A stretch of 64,000 bases of DNA from the human T2T-CHM13v2.0 reference genome, Homo sapiens. The notes beneath the pieces are model-generated. The model was not told the origin of the DNA, did not search any database, and saw only the letters and a list, made by a program, of their open reading frames with translations. Positions 42,755-59,268 of this stretch are shown piece after piece; the first letter of the stretch is position 1, and the number at the start of each line of letters is the position of its first letter. The translations under genes were made by a program, and so were the position numbers. The stretch lies in the NCBI RefSeq assembly GCF_009914755.1, contig NC_060942.1. One strand, written 5' to 3'.

Positions 42755-44374
42755 CCAAACCTATATAAATGGCTGTTTTTGTGCTTAGTAAATGACATTC
42801 ATTTAAACGTGTTAGTAAATTCATGGTAAAATTTTGCCATTATGAAATGTTTTCAATCAATAAATAGCCATATAATTTTGATGTAAATATCTCAGTTCTA
42901 AAGATGAGAAACTACTATTTTAAAAGACTTTTACATTCCCATCAAAATCTTCAGTTATTTCCCCTTTCAGTCATTATTCCAAGCAAATAAACACCTCATT
43001 TTTCAGGTTTGTCTAAATCTAGCTTACATTTTTTAGCTTTGGCCAAAATTTGGATTACAACTCACCTTCAATGTTGAGCATACTGTAAACAAATAAGCTA
43101 ACAAATAACATGCCTATCAGTAATTCACAAAATAGCAACAGTATTAATTTCAAAAGTCTCTTTCTAGTTAGGACAAGGGATCAATTTATTTTGTAAATAA
43201 CAAGAGGAAAGAACCTTCTTATGACGTCGGCCTTATGACGTTGGCCTGGGTCCCAAGAAGTGTAGTTGTTTTCATTCTTTCTGCAAACATTTGAGGAACC
43301 ACACGGGGATACTCCCTGCCTTGGGCAGAAATTCCTCTGTGTCAGGGGCCTTCCCTCTCAAATTGGGAGTGGGGTGGGGAAGAGAGTGGGCAGCGGGGGA
43401 AAAGCATAACAACAGCACCAATTGTGTCTGCCAGGGTACCTGACACTCCTGCCCAGCTCACATATCAGGAAAACCAGACTTCAGTAGCTCTGAATATTTA
43501 ATGGCATTAGGTAAAATCAAAAGAACAGATTATCTCCTCCCTATCACAAACACAGAATAATTCCTTTTTGTATTCTGACACTTCATCCGAACTATATACA
43601 CCAAGAAAGTAAAAGAGGTTTTGATTCCTAAAATAAAACAATCAGAATATAATGGGGAGCAGGTACACCTTCAGTTATGTTCAGGGCTTGTTGCTTGTTC
43701 TGATCCTTATATTCAATTTTGTCTTCACTTCCAAAAAGGCTGAAAATTCACAGCTATGTTATCATCCAATCTAAAAACTACACTTGCACGGTCCCGTACT
43801 AACCTTCAGTAAGATAAGAGTGTTCCTTTGTCTAGCCGCCTAGCACTCTGTAACTTCCACATCTAAAATATCATGATGCTACTCAACATTAAGGAAAAGG
43901 TCAAGCAATGGGCTGCTCTTTTTACTACACCTGCGGCTGCAGAAGCCCGCACAAATGAATGAAGACAGCCACCTTCATTCATCTCTGCTCTTTAAAAAAT
44001 GCGAGCGCAGTGACCTGTCAAAGCCACCACGCTGGAGTTCCTAGGTCAGGGCGTTTACCGCAGGACTTTTCTCCATAGCCTCTGAAATTAGCAGGCAGAA
44101 ATCGCGGGGACCCCTGACAAACGGATTGTATAACAACAACCTAAATAAATAATCAGGTGTGCGCCGGACTAAGTAGGGGTTCCTCTCTGCGGAAAAGCAG
44201 CTCTTCCCAATGGGGAAGAAACTTCTCGCCCAGGAAATTCGAGCCCAGAACCGAGGTTTCCAGGGAGGATTACCTCTTCAACAAGGACCCTTTTACAGGA
44301 AATGTCCTTGATGCCAGGAACTCCACTGGGGAAGCCGCTGGAAAGGCACCTGGACACCCACACACATGGAGGGG

Positions 44375-44712
44375 ATGCGGGGGCGCGCCGCAGGGACCGG
44401 GCCCGAAGGTGGCCAGACTCGCCTACCTTGTGGGGCGCCCAGCCGACGCGGGGTCCCGGTGCTGCTCCTCCCCTGGGCGATCGGACCTTGGGGCCAGGGT
44501 CGGCTGCCAGGGCCCTGCGAGTGCAGCCGCCACCGCCCGCAGGCTTGGCTCCGCCCCGCGGGGCGCGCCCAGGGCAGAGTCCGGCGCCGGTGAGGCCCCG
44601 GGGAGGAGTCGCGGCAGGACGCGTACGCCCAGCGCTGGAGAGCCAGGCTCTGCCCCTCACGCCCCTCGCTAGGGTGCTGTACAGGCGGGTGGGGGGAGGG
44701 GATCGGCCGCTG
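44375..44712. promoter_or_regulatory. CpG-island promoter of CCDC68 with GC boxes
   Basis: Only markedly GC- and CpG-rich non-Alu stretch in the window. CCGCCC at ~44533 and ~44551. G-run cluster at ~44687-44701. Confidence 0.88.
44427..44550 (-). other. CCDC68: Probable CCDC68 non-coding exon 1 (5' end approximate)
   Basis: Inside the CpG island. Donor CACAAG|gtaggc at 44427/44426. Confidence 0.6.
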
Positions 44713-44844
44713 CTTTTCAAGAAGGTTCTATTTGCACCCTAAGTTTATAAACTTTTGTTTTTGTTTTTTAAATAATTTTTGATTTTATTGTTTTTAGTAT
44801 AAATTTATGGAGTACAAGTGCAATTTTGTTGTTTTTTTAAAAAA

Positions 44845-45900
44845 CTTTCTTTTGGAACTTAAAAAAAGTTGCAAAGATAGTAGAGAGAGTCGTCTATATA
44901 CCCCTCAGTCGGTGTCTCCTAATGCCTACAGCTTCCATAACTGTGGCACATTTGTCAAAACTAAGAAATTCACATTGGGCCAGGTGCGGTGGCTCACGCC
45001 TTGGTAATCTCAGCATTTTGAGAGGCCAAGGCAGGCGGGAGGATCGCTTGAGCTCAGGAGTTCGAGACCAGCCTGGGCAACATAGCGAGACCTCATTTCT
45101 ACTAAAAATATTTTTTAAAAGACATTAACATTGATCTGCCACTATTAACACTACTCCAGACTTGATGTAGCTGTCACTAGCTTTTTGGCTAACGCCTTTC
45201 CCTTTCAGGATCCCAGCCAGGATACCACACTGCATTTAGCATCCTGTGCCCTTTGTCTCCTCTAATCCATGACAGTTTCTCTGTCTTTTCTTGACTTTGA
45301 CAGCTGTAAAGAATTCTAGTAAAGTATTGTGATGAAGTATTCTGGTAAGGTATAGTTTTGTGGGGGTACCTCGACACCCACTCATGTGGGTATTGTCTAC
45401 TGTTTTTTTTCTCATGATGAGACTGGGGGGAGGAAAGACTCAGAGATGAAGTGCCTTCCCCACTGCATCCTCTCAGGGACGATGGCACGATGGCCAGGTG
45501 ACTTATCACTGGTGACTTGACCTTGATCCCATAGTTAAGGTTGTGTCTGCCAGGTTTCTCTACTGCAAAGCTGTTTTTCTCTTTCCATACACTCTACTCT
45601 GAATGGCATGAATGGCATGACTCAATTCAGCTGACACTCAAGATGAGGGCAAGATTAAACTCCATCCCAGAGCAGGGAGTATCTATATGTTATTATTTAG
45701 AATGATTCTGTAAGGAAGATTTGTTCCATCTCTCTTGTTTATTCAATCATTTATGTCAGTATTTGTTATGTCAGTATGGACCCATGTATATTTATTTTAT
45801 ACTTTGGGCTAGAATTCAATACTACATTATTAATTTTGTTGCTCAAATGGTTCCAGCTTTGACCACTGGGAACTCTTTCAGGTTGGCTCCTGTGTCTCTC
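44845..45900 (-). mobile_element. L1MC-type 3' region with an inserted FLAM/left-Alu monomer (44978-45115, + strand)
   Basis: aaaagttgcaaagatagtagagagag...caggataccacactgcatttag...ttgttgctcaaatggttccagctttgaccactgggaactctttcaggttggctcctgtgtc. Confidence 0.75.
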
Positions 45901-46629
45901 TGAAAGTTCATAAACTTTTAGGATTGTGGGGAAAAAAAAAAGGTGTATTTCCTCCGCCCCCCCTCAACATCTAACAGATTGAGAAAACTGCAACCCAAAT
46001 CCTTCAATATCCAAGGGCTTTTCAGAATCTTCCTGGGAATCCTATGATTACTGATTCCCACCACAGTTAGAGAGGAATGTTATTTTTTTTTTTTCCTAGC
46101 AGATTAACTTGTAGATTGTGACCCAATTGGAGAAGTGAAAGTTGATGGTTCTTAGGTAATTTTTTTGTTAACTAATCCTTGTGGTTCTAGTAAATAGATG
46201 TATGTATGTTTACAGACAAATCATGTTCCAAAGATAGCCATGGATGTTTATTACAAGTTTCAGCATTGAAGAAACCCAGCTGTTGAGGATCATTTGTTAC
46301 ATTGCTTTGGTTTGCTCATGTTTGCATTTGCAAGTTGGTTCCATAAACACCACATTTCCTCCTTCTGAGCTTGGCTTTTGCTCAGCATTTGACACTGCCT
46401 GCTTTCTGAGACCTGTCCACCTCTCTTCCTGGCCTTGACCCTTCCTGGAGAAGGAAATCTACTTCTCCATTAGCTTGGGTTGAGCTGGGTAAACACAGGA
46501 TGCGGTGAAGTACCAGTGAGTACTCCAGAACTGCAGAGCTAACTCATTTTCTATCTTTCAACTATTTTTAACAAAGTTAGAAAAGTAAGAGTTAAAGGAA
46601 AACATTTCATACCTAAGACTCACCATATC

Positions 46630-47293
46630 TGCTATGGACTGAATGATTTGTGTTCCCCCCTAAAAGTTTATATAATGAAATCCTAATCCCCAACGTGGTG
46701 GTGAAAGTGGGGTCTTCGGGAAGTAATTAGGTCATGAAGGTAGAGCCCTCATGAGTGGGTTTTAGTGCCCTTCTAAGAAGAGAAAAAAGGCTGGGAATAG
46801 TGACTCATGCCTATAGTTCCATCTCTTTGGGAGGCCAAGGCAGGTGAATCGCTTGAGCCCAGGAGTTTGAAACCAGCCTGGGCAATATGGCAAAACCTCA
46901 TCTCTACAAAATATACAAAAATTAGCTGAGCATGGTGGTGCACTCCTGTAGTCCCAGCTACTCAGGAGGCTGAGGCGAAAGGATCACTTCAGCCTGGGAG
47001 GTAGAGGCTGTAGTGAGCTGACAGTGTACCACTGCCCTCCAGCCTGGGTAACAGAGTGAGACTCTGTCTCAAATAAAGAGAGGGAGAGAGAGAGAAGAGA
47101 TATCTGTCATGTGATAACACAGCAAGAAAGCAGCCATCTGCAAACCAGGAAGCAGGCCTCCACAGACACCACATCTCTGGGTGCCTTGATCTTGGACTGC
47201 CCAACCTCCAGAACTGTGAGAAATAAATAACTGTGGTTGAAGCCAGTTAATACCAGTCTATGTTATTTTGTTATAGCCCCTGGAACTAAGACA
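46630..47293 (+). mobile_element. MLT1A-like LTR interrupted by an AluJ (46789-47075, +)
   Basis: tgctatggactgaatg...ccttgatcttggactgcccaacctccagaactgtgagaaataaat...actaagaca. TSD atatc on both sides. Confidence 0.85.
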
Positions 47294-48739
47294 ATATCCC
47301 AGAAGAAAGCGACAAGGTCAGAGATGAAGCTGAGATTCTTGTGTACGTTTCTGGGCGGGAGAGGAGAGACTTTAAGTGAAAGTGGTCATTCTAATTAGAA
47401 TGAAATCATAGTTTTATTTCATAGTTCTGCAAATAGACTATTTTCTCAGTAACTTTAATAAAACTTTTGTGGAGGGGAGCAGAGTAAACTCAGGATTCAT
47501 GAGAGTGTGGAGTTACAATATATTAGCAACCTCCACAGGGAAGCTCAGGAGAATCTATAAACTATTATTAATTTAAAACTCCAGTGGTGTTTCTCAGAGG
47601 TTGGATATTGGGGGATTAGGGATGAGGCAGGGATTGATGTTTATGGATTTCTCTTACAGCTACTGCCTTTGATTATTATTTTTATGACAGCATATGTACA
47701 AACCATTTAAAATTTTCCTAGAGCTGTATATCTTTACACTTTTAAGATTATCCACATTAAGAAAAAGTATTGCTATTACATAATTTTCGGAATGGCTTTG
47801 GTTGGGTCTGATAGAGATTAGGTCCCGGGGACTAAAGCATCCCCAAACCACCCAGAGTGCCCTCGTTGAATAAATCCGTTCTCCTACTCACTCCACTAAA
47901 AAGAGGAGGGATTGAGGGTGCAGAAGAAAGCAGCAGATGCAGTCTCCTCTCCTGAAGAACACTGTGAATTGTCACCCACGTTCAAAGAGGGTCTAATTGT
48001 AAATCTAACACCCTGCCTTGTGACATTCAGAGCCTGTGGCTTGTGGCATTTGGACCCAGGCTCATATTTGAAATCGCTCTTGTTTATTTCTGTTCAGGGA
48101 TTATTTGCTGAAAGGGAAAGTTGTGTGTGTGTGTGCGCGCACACACGTGTGCGTGTACTTAGTGCAATTTTATTTTATTTAAAATTTGCATTTAAAATGT
48201 ATTAAAATTATTTTATTTTAATATTATTTTAAATTTGCATTTAAAATACATGTGTGTGTCTATACACACATACATATATTTAGTGCAATTTTAAATGCAA
48301 ATTTTACTGTCATTTCCAGCCTCTAACACGTGCGCATACACACACACAAACACACACCATTCTTTAAAACATTTCATTGTCTCCCCATGAGCTCTTATTA
48401 AAAGCCTAAACACTTCTCCAGGGAGAGAAGTTGCTTTGCTCTCCCCCATCCACCCCTCCTGCTTCATCTCTTGCCACATTGTTTTTCAACAAGGCTGGAT
48501 GATTTGTAGTGTTCCAAACCAACTCTCGTTTCTTACCTTATTCCTTTTGTTGCTCTTGTCTCACCCCCACCCCCAACTCCTAGACTAGAATGTTCTTTCT
48601 CCTCCTCTTTGACCTGGAAACTCCTTCTCCATTTATTTCCTGTGTATAGGGAAACGTTCCCTGAGCTCCCCAGTTTATGTTGGGTGTCCCACTTAGGTCT
48701 TCCCATAAAGTGCTTGAGGCACTGCATTTGCTGTTTTAT

Positions 48740-49185
48740 AAGTTTTCTGTGGGTACTGTAACAAATAACCACACTTGGCTGCTTACAACAGTGCACATTT
48801 TTTGTTATAAAGTTCTGTAGGTTAGAAGCCTGTCATGGTACCAGGGTAAAATAAACTATTCCTTACTGGAGTCTCTTGGGGAGAATTTGTTCCCTTGCAT
48901 TTTCTAGCCTTTTCTAGAGGCTCTCTGCATTTCTCCACTTATAGCCCCTTTCTACACCTTCAAAACCAGCAGCACATGTCCTCCTGACTCTGTCCCACTT
49001 TCACTTATAAAGACCTTTGTGATGACATTAAGACCAACTAGATGACCCAAGATAATCTCCCCATCTCAACATCCTCAACTTGATCACATCTGCAAAGTCT
49101 CTTTTCCACATAAGATAACATATTCACAGGGGCTAAGGATTAGGACATGGACTTCTTTGCAGGAGGGCATTATTCTGCCTACCAT
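48740..49185 (-). mobile_element. MLT1B/C-like LTR
   Basis: actgtaacaaataaccacacttggctgcttacaaca...gataatctccccatctcaa...ggattaggacatggac...attctgcctaccata. Confidence 0.75.
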
Positions 49186-52100
49186 AGTTTTGTACCTAGG
49201 TCAGGTCATAATTCAAACATTAATTAGGTTTTGTTATGAAATATTTCATTTTTAAGGCACAAAATCAAGAAGGCTTTGCAAAATTATAAAGGAGGCATGC
49301 TCCCATCACTTTTTTGGTGATGCCTTTCCCTGCTTTCCCTCCTGTCCTCTCACATTCCTGTGACGTCCCCATAACGCCACCCTAAGGGGTTCCTGGTATT
49401 GGATAATTTTCCAACTTCTTCCTCCTCTCCCATACCTACCGCCTTTCTACATTTTCTGTGACTTGTGGAAAGGAAAAGGGAATGCAAATGTGGAAGTTGC
49501 AGCATTGATCTTGACAAAATTTAACTGTATGAGCCCTCCAAGTCTTGCATTTTGAGCTCCAAGCTCACGATTTAGCTGACTGCTAGGGAAAACACTCTAT
49601 ACCTAATGTCTCTCGCAAGCTTAGGACAAAACTCCATCTATTCTGCACAGTTCACAGCTGATATGCTAAGTGTTGGGGTCCATTTTACAATTTTAAATTT
49701 CAAAGAGTTTGCACTTTAAATGGCTAGATCACATATAAGCACATAAAAATACCTATCCATGCAATTATATAATAAGCTACAATATTTTCAAGCAATAAAT
49801 CATCACTGAGTATTAGTGAAGCTACTAAGTACTAGAAAACTAAGAGAAAGTACTGATTTTAGTTGGTGTTCTAGGGAAGGCCTCAAGAGGAGGTAGGCTT
49901 GGCATTGGTTTTTGAGAATAATTACCATGTTATTCTGGGAGAGCATGGAAGCCTTTAAAGGTCAGACACAGCCAAAGGCACCAGGGCAAGTCAATTTTCA
50001 GGCAGACTGGGAATCTACCAAGTAGACCAGTCCAGCCAAACCACAGGAGACTAGTGGGAGATAAAGCAGAGAAATGTAAGCAAGCCTTGAGAAACAAACA
50101 AGAAGTACAGGAAATACATTTTTCTTGTCCATCTCTGCTAAGAGAGGAAGGGAAAACAATATTGTAGGAACTGAAACTCTGGCTATTGAATGAGTTCATT
50201 AGTAAAATAATTAGCCAATGCTTATCAACAATATGTGAATGTCTACTTATGTATACAAGTCTGTCTACACAGGTGAATCTTTTTCTAGGACTCCTTTCAC
50301 ATAATAGGTACAGAAACCATGACATAACCAAGAGTGATATTCAGAATATGAACCTATCGGTTGAGCAGTAGTACTGACCAACCAGAAAAGCTGCCAGCCA
50401 TAATAGACAACTGGCGAGTAGGAACCCAGGTGAACCAGCAAAAAGTCAGCCCTGGACATCATTATTTAAAATGATTGCTGCTCTCTTAGCAAAACTAAAT
50501 ATCCTGTTGGAAATGTCTTTTCAAAGCACCCAGTTGGAGTTATTAAGTTCTGATTTCTGTAGGCATTCTTTCTGTTGATGAGCTTGGTTCACTTTATCTT
50601 AACAGTAGCTGGAATAATAAATAACACTTCCCTCTGCACTGTGAGCCCTTACCCCTGAGTAAAGAACTCATAGAGAAAGGTGAAACAAGACAAGAGGGTT
50701 GAGATGTGCATTCTAAATTCAGGTATTTCTAAGTTTGGAGGAGGGATGTGAAGCCCAGGATAAGGCTGTAGGAAGGCTGTGTTAGACAAGCTTATTGATT
50801 ATAGGTAGAGACTGAATTTCAAGACTACTTGTCTTTGCTATTTGTTCACTTTCTCTGCCTTTATTCTCATGCTACCTTCAGTTGGTAAAGACAATTTCAA
50901 TATTAACTTCAGAAGCTCATGTTGGTTTGTTTTTATTTCTTCAGCTGGAATAGAAGAAAGCTTACTGTATTCCCAGGCCAAACAAGATGAATTTTCTTTG
51001 ATTATCCACTGTTTGAACCTGTCCACACACTGTAGTGAAAACCATACCTTTACAAAATATTTTTGCTTGTTTTTAAAGGTATTCTCTAATAGTCTATGGG
51101 ATTTTGGCTTTCTATCCTTTTTGCAGCAGCAGTGTTTTGGGGGATAATTGTGGTTTGATACCTATATCCCTGTTTCTTGGTTTTTGTTTTTGTTTTTTCT
51201 TTGAAATATTATCTTTCTTGATGGTTTGGTAAGTGGTTGATATCAAAATAAAAATTTTGGGAAAAGAAAAATAATGTCTTCATGTTAGCTCAAGTAATAG
51301 TGGGGAGTTAATATTAGGGTCCACATGGCAATAAGGAAGATGGAGAGCTCATCCAGGTCCCAAAGCAAGAACCCTGCAATCGCTGAGATTCCTGGAGACT
51401 GGATAAGGATGGAAGAGCTTTAGGGTTTCAGCTAGAGTCTGGGGATTCTCCCTCGAAGCTTTACCCAGCATTAATGCGGCATCTCTGCTTCTATGAGGAT
51501 GGCTCCTGGTGTCTTGCCACTATTGAGTGGCTTCCTTACCCCTTGTCCTGTGACTCTTCAGTGGCCATGAAGTGTTGTGTAAAGCAGTGTTCAGGTTAGC
51601 TAGTCGACCTTAGGCAAGTGACATAGCCTCTCTGGCTTCAGTTTCTGTAAAATGGGCTCTAACTTTCATGAATCCTTGCAACCTCAGCCATGGCGACACA
51701 CTGCTAGATTATTTTTGTTCTTATCAGTTTGAATTTTTGAGAGTGAAGATTTGATTAAACCTGCTTTCTCCTCTTTAGGATGAGCTATTCATAGATCACC
51801 TCAAAAGTCACAGGCCATGCTTTGGCTTGGCTGCCGTTGGGATGGGTGCCCATCACTTTCTGTCTGTCTTCTAAGACTTAGTAACTACTTGGTGGTTGCC
51901 CATGACAGAGCAAATGCCTGCCTAGGGCCCTTCCCTCAACAGGGGCTATGGGTGTAACAAGCCCTTCAAATGAAAACTAGGGCTGGGGGGCACCATGACT
52001 GTGGCTTCAAGTACAAAGAAGATAAGGACTGAGGCCAAAGAATTCAACTTGGGGCCAGGTGGGGGCAGGTGGCATCTGGAGGAAGGATTAGAGTCTTTAA

Positions 52101-52790
52101 GAAAATCACTAAAGAAGGAAAGAAAGAACTCAAAAGTTAAAAAACTATAATTATCTCCCAGCTGTTAGGAACTGTATTTCTCTTTTTTAGCCATAGTTAA
52201 ATGCTTTAAATTATTACCTAAGTAGGCAATAAATCTCTACATTTATATATCTGTGTATGTCAAACTTCACACACATGTAAACAGTGATTAATAAATTATT
52301 ATACTAATAATGCACAAAACTAATAACATTAGAATTTGGGTATTTTTTTTTCTGTAAAATGACTAAGTTATTTTATGCCCAGATTGGTAGAGATTCTGCA
52401 GAATCTGTTAATTTTGGGTACTTTTTGATATAGTCTTTAGTCATTTTTAAAAATAGTCCTTGCTTTTGGAAACAAAACTATATTCCTTATCATTGTTAAT
52501 GTTATTGCTGTATATTTTTATAATGTTGCCTACAAACCTGTTTTTCTTTAGATACTTATGACATTTGTAGGATGTTTATCTTCTTCAGCAATTATTTTTT
52601 ATTTTGCCTTTCCTAAATTCAAGCCTCAAATTCAGAATAATAAAGCCATTAAGATGTCTTTCATACCTCAATTGTCTTTGGGTTTCTTAAAATGGACATT
52701 AGGTAACACTAAGATCTATTTGTTTACCCTACAAAAGAAAAGGCAATAGAAATAATTGGGTTTGAATAAAATTCCCTAAATTTTAAGTAA

Positions 52791-53164
52791 GATACTTGGT
52801 CTGTTTTCATACTGTTATAAAGATGCTACCTGAGACTGGGTAATTTATAAACAAAATAGGTTTAATTAACTCAGTTCTGCATGGCTGTGGAGGCCTCATG
52901 AAACTTATAATCATGTCAGAAGGTGAAGGGGAAGCAGGTACCTTCTTCACAAGACGACAGGAGAGAGAGAGGGAGGAAGCACCAGACACTTATCAAACAG
53001 TCAGATCTCGTGAGAACTCACTCACTATCACAAAAACAGCATGAGGGAAACTGCCCTCATAATCTGATCACCTCTCACCGGGTCTCTCCCTCAACATGTG
53101 GGGATTACAATTCGGATTACAATTTGAAATGATATTTGGGTGGGGACACAGTCAAAGCACATCA
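52791..53164 (-). mobile_element. THE1/MST MaLR solo LTR
   Basis: acctgagactgggtaatttata...cagatctcgtgagaactcactcactatcac...gggtggggacacag. Confidence 0.85.
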
Positions 53165-53440
53165 GTAATTCAAAACTCTTTTGCAATGTCTTTTCTTTAC
53201 CAAACTTATGATAATTCAAAATAACTGACAAAGCAAAATGAGAATTATCTTCCTAGATTAATTATACATAACACATATATACTAACAAACATCTTTTTAT
53301 GATTATATACTTTTTAAGTTAAAAAACATCAAGCTCCTGTTGAAGCACAAAGACTGTAACAATAACTGTCTATGAAAAGATTTTTACTAAAGGAATTTAG
53401 ACTCACAAATCATTTTCTCTTTTGTTCATGGAAAGTCTGA

Positions 53441-53800
<360 letters not shown>

Positions 53801-53933
53801 TAAATCTCTCATTAGGACCAGCAACCAAGGCATCTCCTCCTTATCTAAAAGCTATAGCAGCAATAGCAAAGTGTATTTGTTTTTTAAAATTTAACTCAGT
53901 GGATTTAGTCCTAGGGTTTCCACAAAATGTAAC

Positions 53934-54343
53934 TGTATTAGGCCGTTCTTGTATTGCTATACAGAAACACCTGAGACTGGGTTATTTGTAAAGAAAAGAG
54001 GTTTAATTATCTTACGGTTCTGCAGGCTGTGCAGGAAGCATAGCAGCTTCTGCTTCTAGGGAGGCCTCAGGGAACTTACAATCATGGCGGAAGGAGAAGC
54101 AGACAAGTCATATGGTGAAAGCAGAAGCGAGAGAGAAGAAGGGAAGTGCCACACACTTTTAAACAACCAGATCTCATGAGTACTCTATCACTATCATGAG
54201 GACAGCATCGGGGATGGTGCCAAACCATTTATGAGAAATCCCCCCCCTCTAATCCAATCACCTCCCACTAGGCCCCATCTCCAATTTTAGGGATTACATT
54301 TCAACATGAGATTAGGGCGGGTCAAATATCCAAACTATTATCA
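53934..54343 (-). mobile_element. MSTA-like solo LTR
   Basis: tgtattaggccgttcttgtattgctat...acatttcaacatgagatt...caaatatccaaactattatca. Confidence 0.85.
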
Positions 54344-55579
54344 GTAGTATTTCTCAGTTCTATACAGATTTTCTGATTGTCCTGCTGACTGCAAACACTC
54401 AGCCATTTATACAGCTCGTTTCTTGACCTCCTATGAAATATTGTTCATTTCTCTTCACACATCACTACTCGTTACTGCAACACTCTATAGCCAGTCTTTC
54501 TCTTCCCTCACCCTAAGGAGCAGGAACTTACCTCTCCTGCACAGAGAGACTTCTTTGAATAATGCTGATTAAATTTTGTTTGATGATGATGGTTTCTACT
54601 TAAAAAGAAAAAGTAAAAATTGCATACTAGGCTACATTAGCACAGATGTGTATTTACCCTTAACATATTAGCTTCTCCCAGAAAGTAACATAGTTCAAAC
54701 AGTTCGATTAATTGCCTTTGCCTGGGCATGCTGACTGACCAAAGATAAAATAGCAAGTATTTATACTAATAATAGGTATGATTTGAAGTTAATAGACTTT
54801 GAAATTTCCTGAGGCTATCCTTGCTACAATGGTCAGTTTGTTTTCTTCAGAGACATTCCAGCCTGCTTTGCAGAAATTATATAATTCTATTTAATGAGCC
54901 TGCCCACCTTAAGGGGTCAATGTCTTATTTCTGTGGTTCCCAGTAGAATCTGTGACCCTCTGTCACTACTTCTTAAGAAAGCATGATTTCTGCTCTAAGC
55001 TAGTTTAAATTTAAATTCATAACCCAAGGGAAAGTTTATGTTTTAGCAAACACTTTTTGCTGTGCCTTTATAAATTCTAGAGGTCACATTGAACGGTTCA
55101 GGACCAGGATAAAGGAGAAAAGCATCCAGGTCTCTAGAAAAGGCCAGCTGAACTTTGGGACATCCTGGGATGATAACTGAGGCCTCTGCTTCAGGGTCTA
55201 ACAACAGAGTGGGTGGCCCTTTGGTTTCTCACACTCACTGGGTTACAGCTGGCTGATGCATCTCTTTCAGATTCTTAAATGCTACTTTACAGCCCTTGTT
55301 ACACCAGAGGTTTGAATAACTCATCCTGTAACAAAAAGAACAGAAGACATTAACCTTCCCCCAACTACAGGCAACATTCGCTGGACAACCTCCTGATCAG
55401 CAAAATCATAGCAATGGTAAAATGCTGTATATCCTAGACTAATGCCCTGTGGTCTAATATTGCTTACCTTTGGTCTAAAATGGGACTAAGAAAAGAAAAA
55501 GCAGCTCCTGAGAGTCAGGAGATAACATGGTATTATCAGCTGGCCTTGGCATTGCCAGGAGAAAGGAAAATAACAGGCC

Positions 55580-57790
<2,211 letters not shown>

Positions 57791-57829
57791 AAACAAAGAC
57801 AATCTTCTCTTATTCCCACTTCCTCTACC

Positions 57830-59268
57830 AGTTACCTTTCCATTTCTTTGTACCATATATAGCAAAACTCCTAAAAAGAGTTGTTATTACCTCCAATTTC
57901 TGTTTACTTACTCTCTCTTAAACCCATTCCAATCAGGCTTCTCCTCACCCCCCAACCCCCACATCATACCAACAAAACTGTTGTTGTCATGGATACTGAT
58001 GACCGCCACATTGCTAAGTCCAGTGGTCACTTCTCAGTTCTCACTTCACTTCACCTGTCTGCAGTATTTGGTGCAGTCGTCTCTCTATCCCAATAGACGT
58101 GGATGCCTTCTCTTGGCTCTCAGGACACCACTCTCCCAGTGTTACTCTTACTTCGCTGGCAGTTTCTGTTGGTATCCTTTAATGAGTCCTCCTCGTTTTC
58201 TCAAACTCTTCATTTTGGAAAGTCCTAGCCACTCAGTACTTGGTCTGCCTTGCCCCTCCATCTAAGCTCACTTCCTTGATTAAATGCCATTTATGTACTG
58301 ATGACTCACAAACACAAATCTCCCAGCTTGGGCCTCTCCTCTGAGTCCAGACTCGTGTTCCCAGTTGCCTGCTCAACATCATTACTGGGATGTCCAACAG
58401 ACCCTTAAACGTGGCATGTTCAAAGCGGAACTCATGATCTTACCACAAACCTGCTCTACCGCAATCTTCTTCACTCGGTAGAGGGAAAACTTTATAATTC
58501 CAGTCATTTAGGCCACAAAATCTTTACATCATCCTTGAATTTCCTCTTTCTGTTATATTTCCCATATGTTTCCTATCCTACCAGTCTATCAGAAAATACT
58601 ATAGGCTCTACCCTCAAAATACATCCATCCCTTCGCTACCACCCTGGAATAAGTCATCATTGTTCCTAGCTCAAATAACAATAGCTTCCTAACTGTTGCC
58701 CCTGTTTCCACTCTTGCCTCCTTAAAATCTATTCTGGATCATTACTAGAGTGATCCTCAAGAACATGAATATAATCAGGTCACAGTGCCAAAATTCTTGC
58801 AAGGATCTGCAAAGACCTGGTCCCTACTCCCTCTCTGTTCTCGTCTCCTCCTCTCCCTTCTCCCCAACTCCCTCCACCCTGACTCCTGGCTATTCCTTGA
58901 GTGTGTCTGGCAGGCTCTGGCTTTACACTCTTTGCACCATTGGTTGTTTGCTATGCCTGGAGTATCCTTTGGGTATCTGTATGCTGAATTCCCTCACCAA
59001 TTTCAAATCTTTGCTCAAATGCCACCTTGATGACATCTTTCTAATCCTCTTATTTAATGCAGAAGACCTCTTTCCACTATACGCTGATCTAATTTTCTTT
59101 CTTATTTTTATAAAGAACTGATCACCCTCTAACACCCTAGATATTTCTTTGGGTGTTTTATTTACTGCCTATTTTCTGCCTTCCCCCGCCTTTGTGTCCA
59201 CTGGTATATCTTCAGCAATATGTGGCATATAAGATGTACTCAATAGTGTTTCTACAATGAATTAATTT
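57830..59268 (+). mobile_element. L2a-like element
   Basis: aacccattccaatcaggcttct...cattgctaagtccagtggtcacttctcagttctc...ctgatgactcacaaa...tcaaatctttgctcaaatgccacct...ctcaata...atgaattaat. Confidence 0.8.

Noticed and set aside
44157-44742. Long ORFs (146-183 aa) on both strands over the CpG island
   Set aside because: Expected from GC-rich, stop-poor sequence. The R/G/A/P-rich peptides have no recognisable domain.
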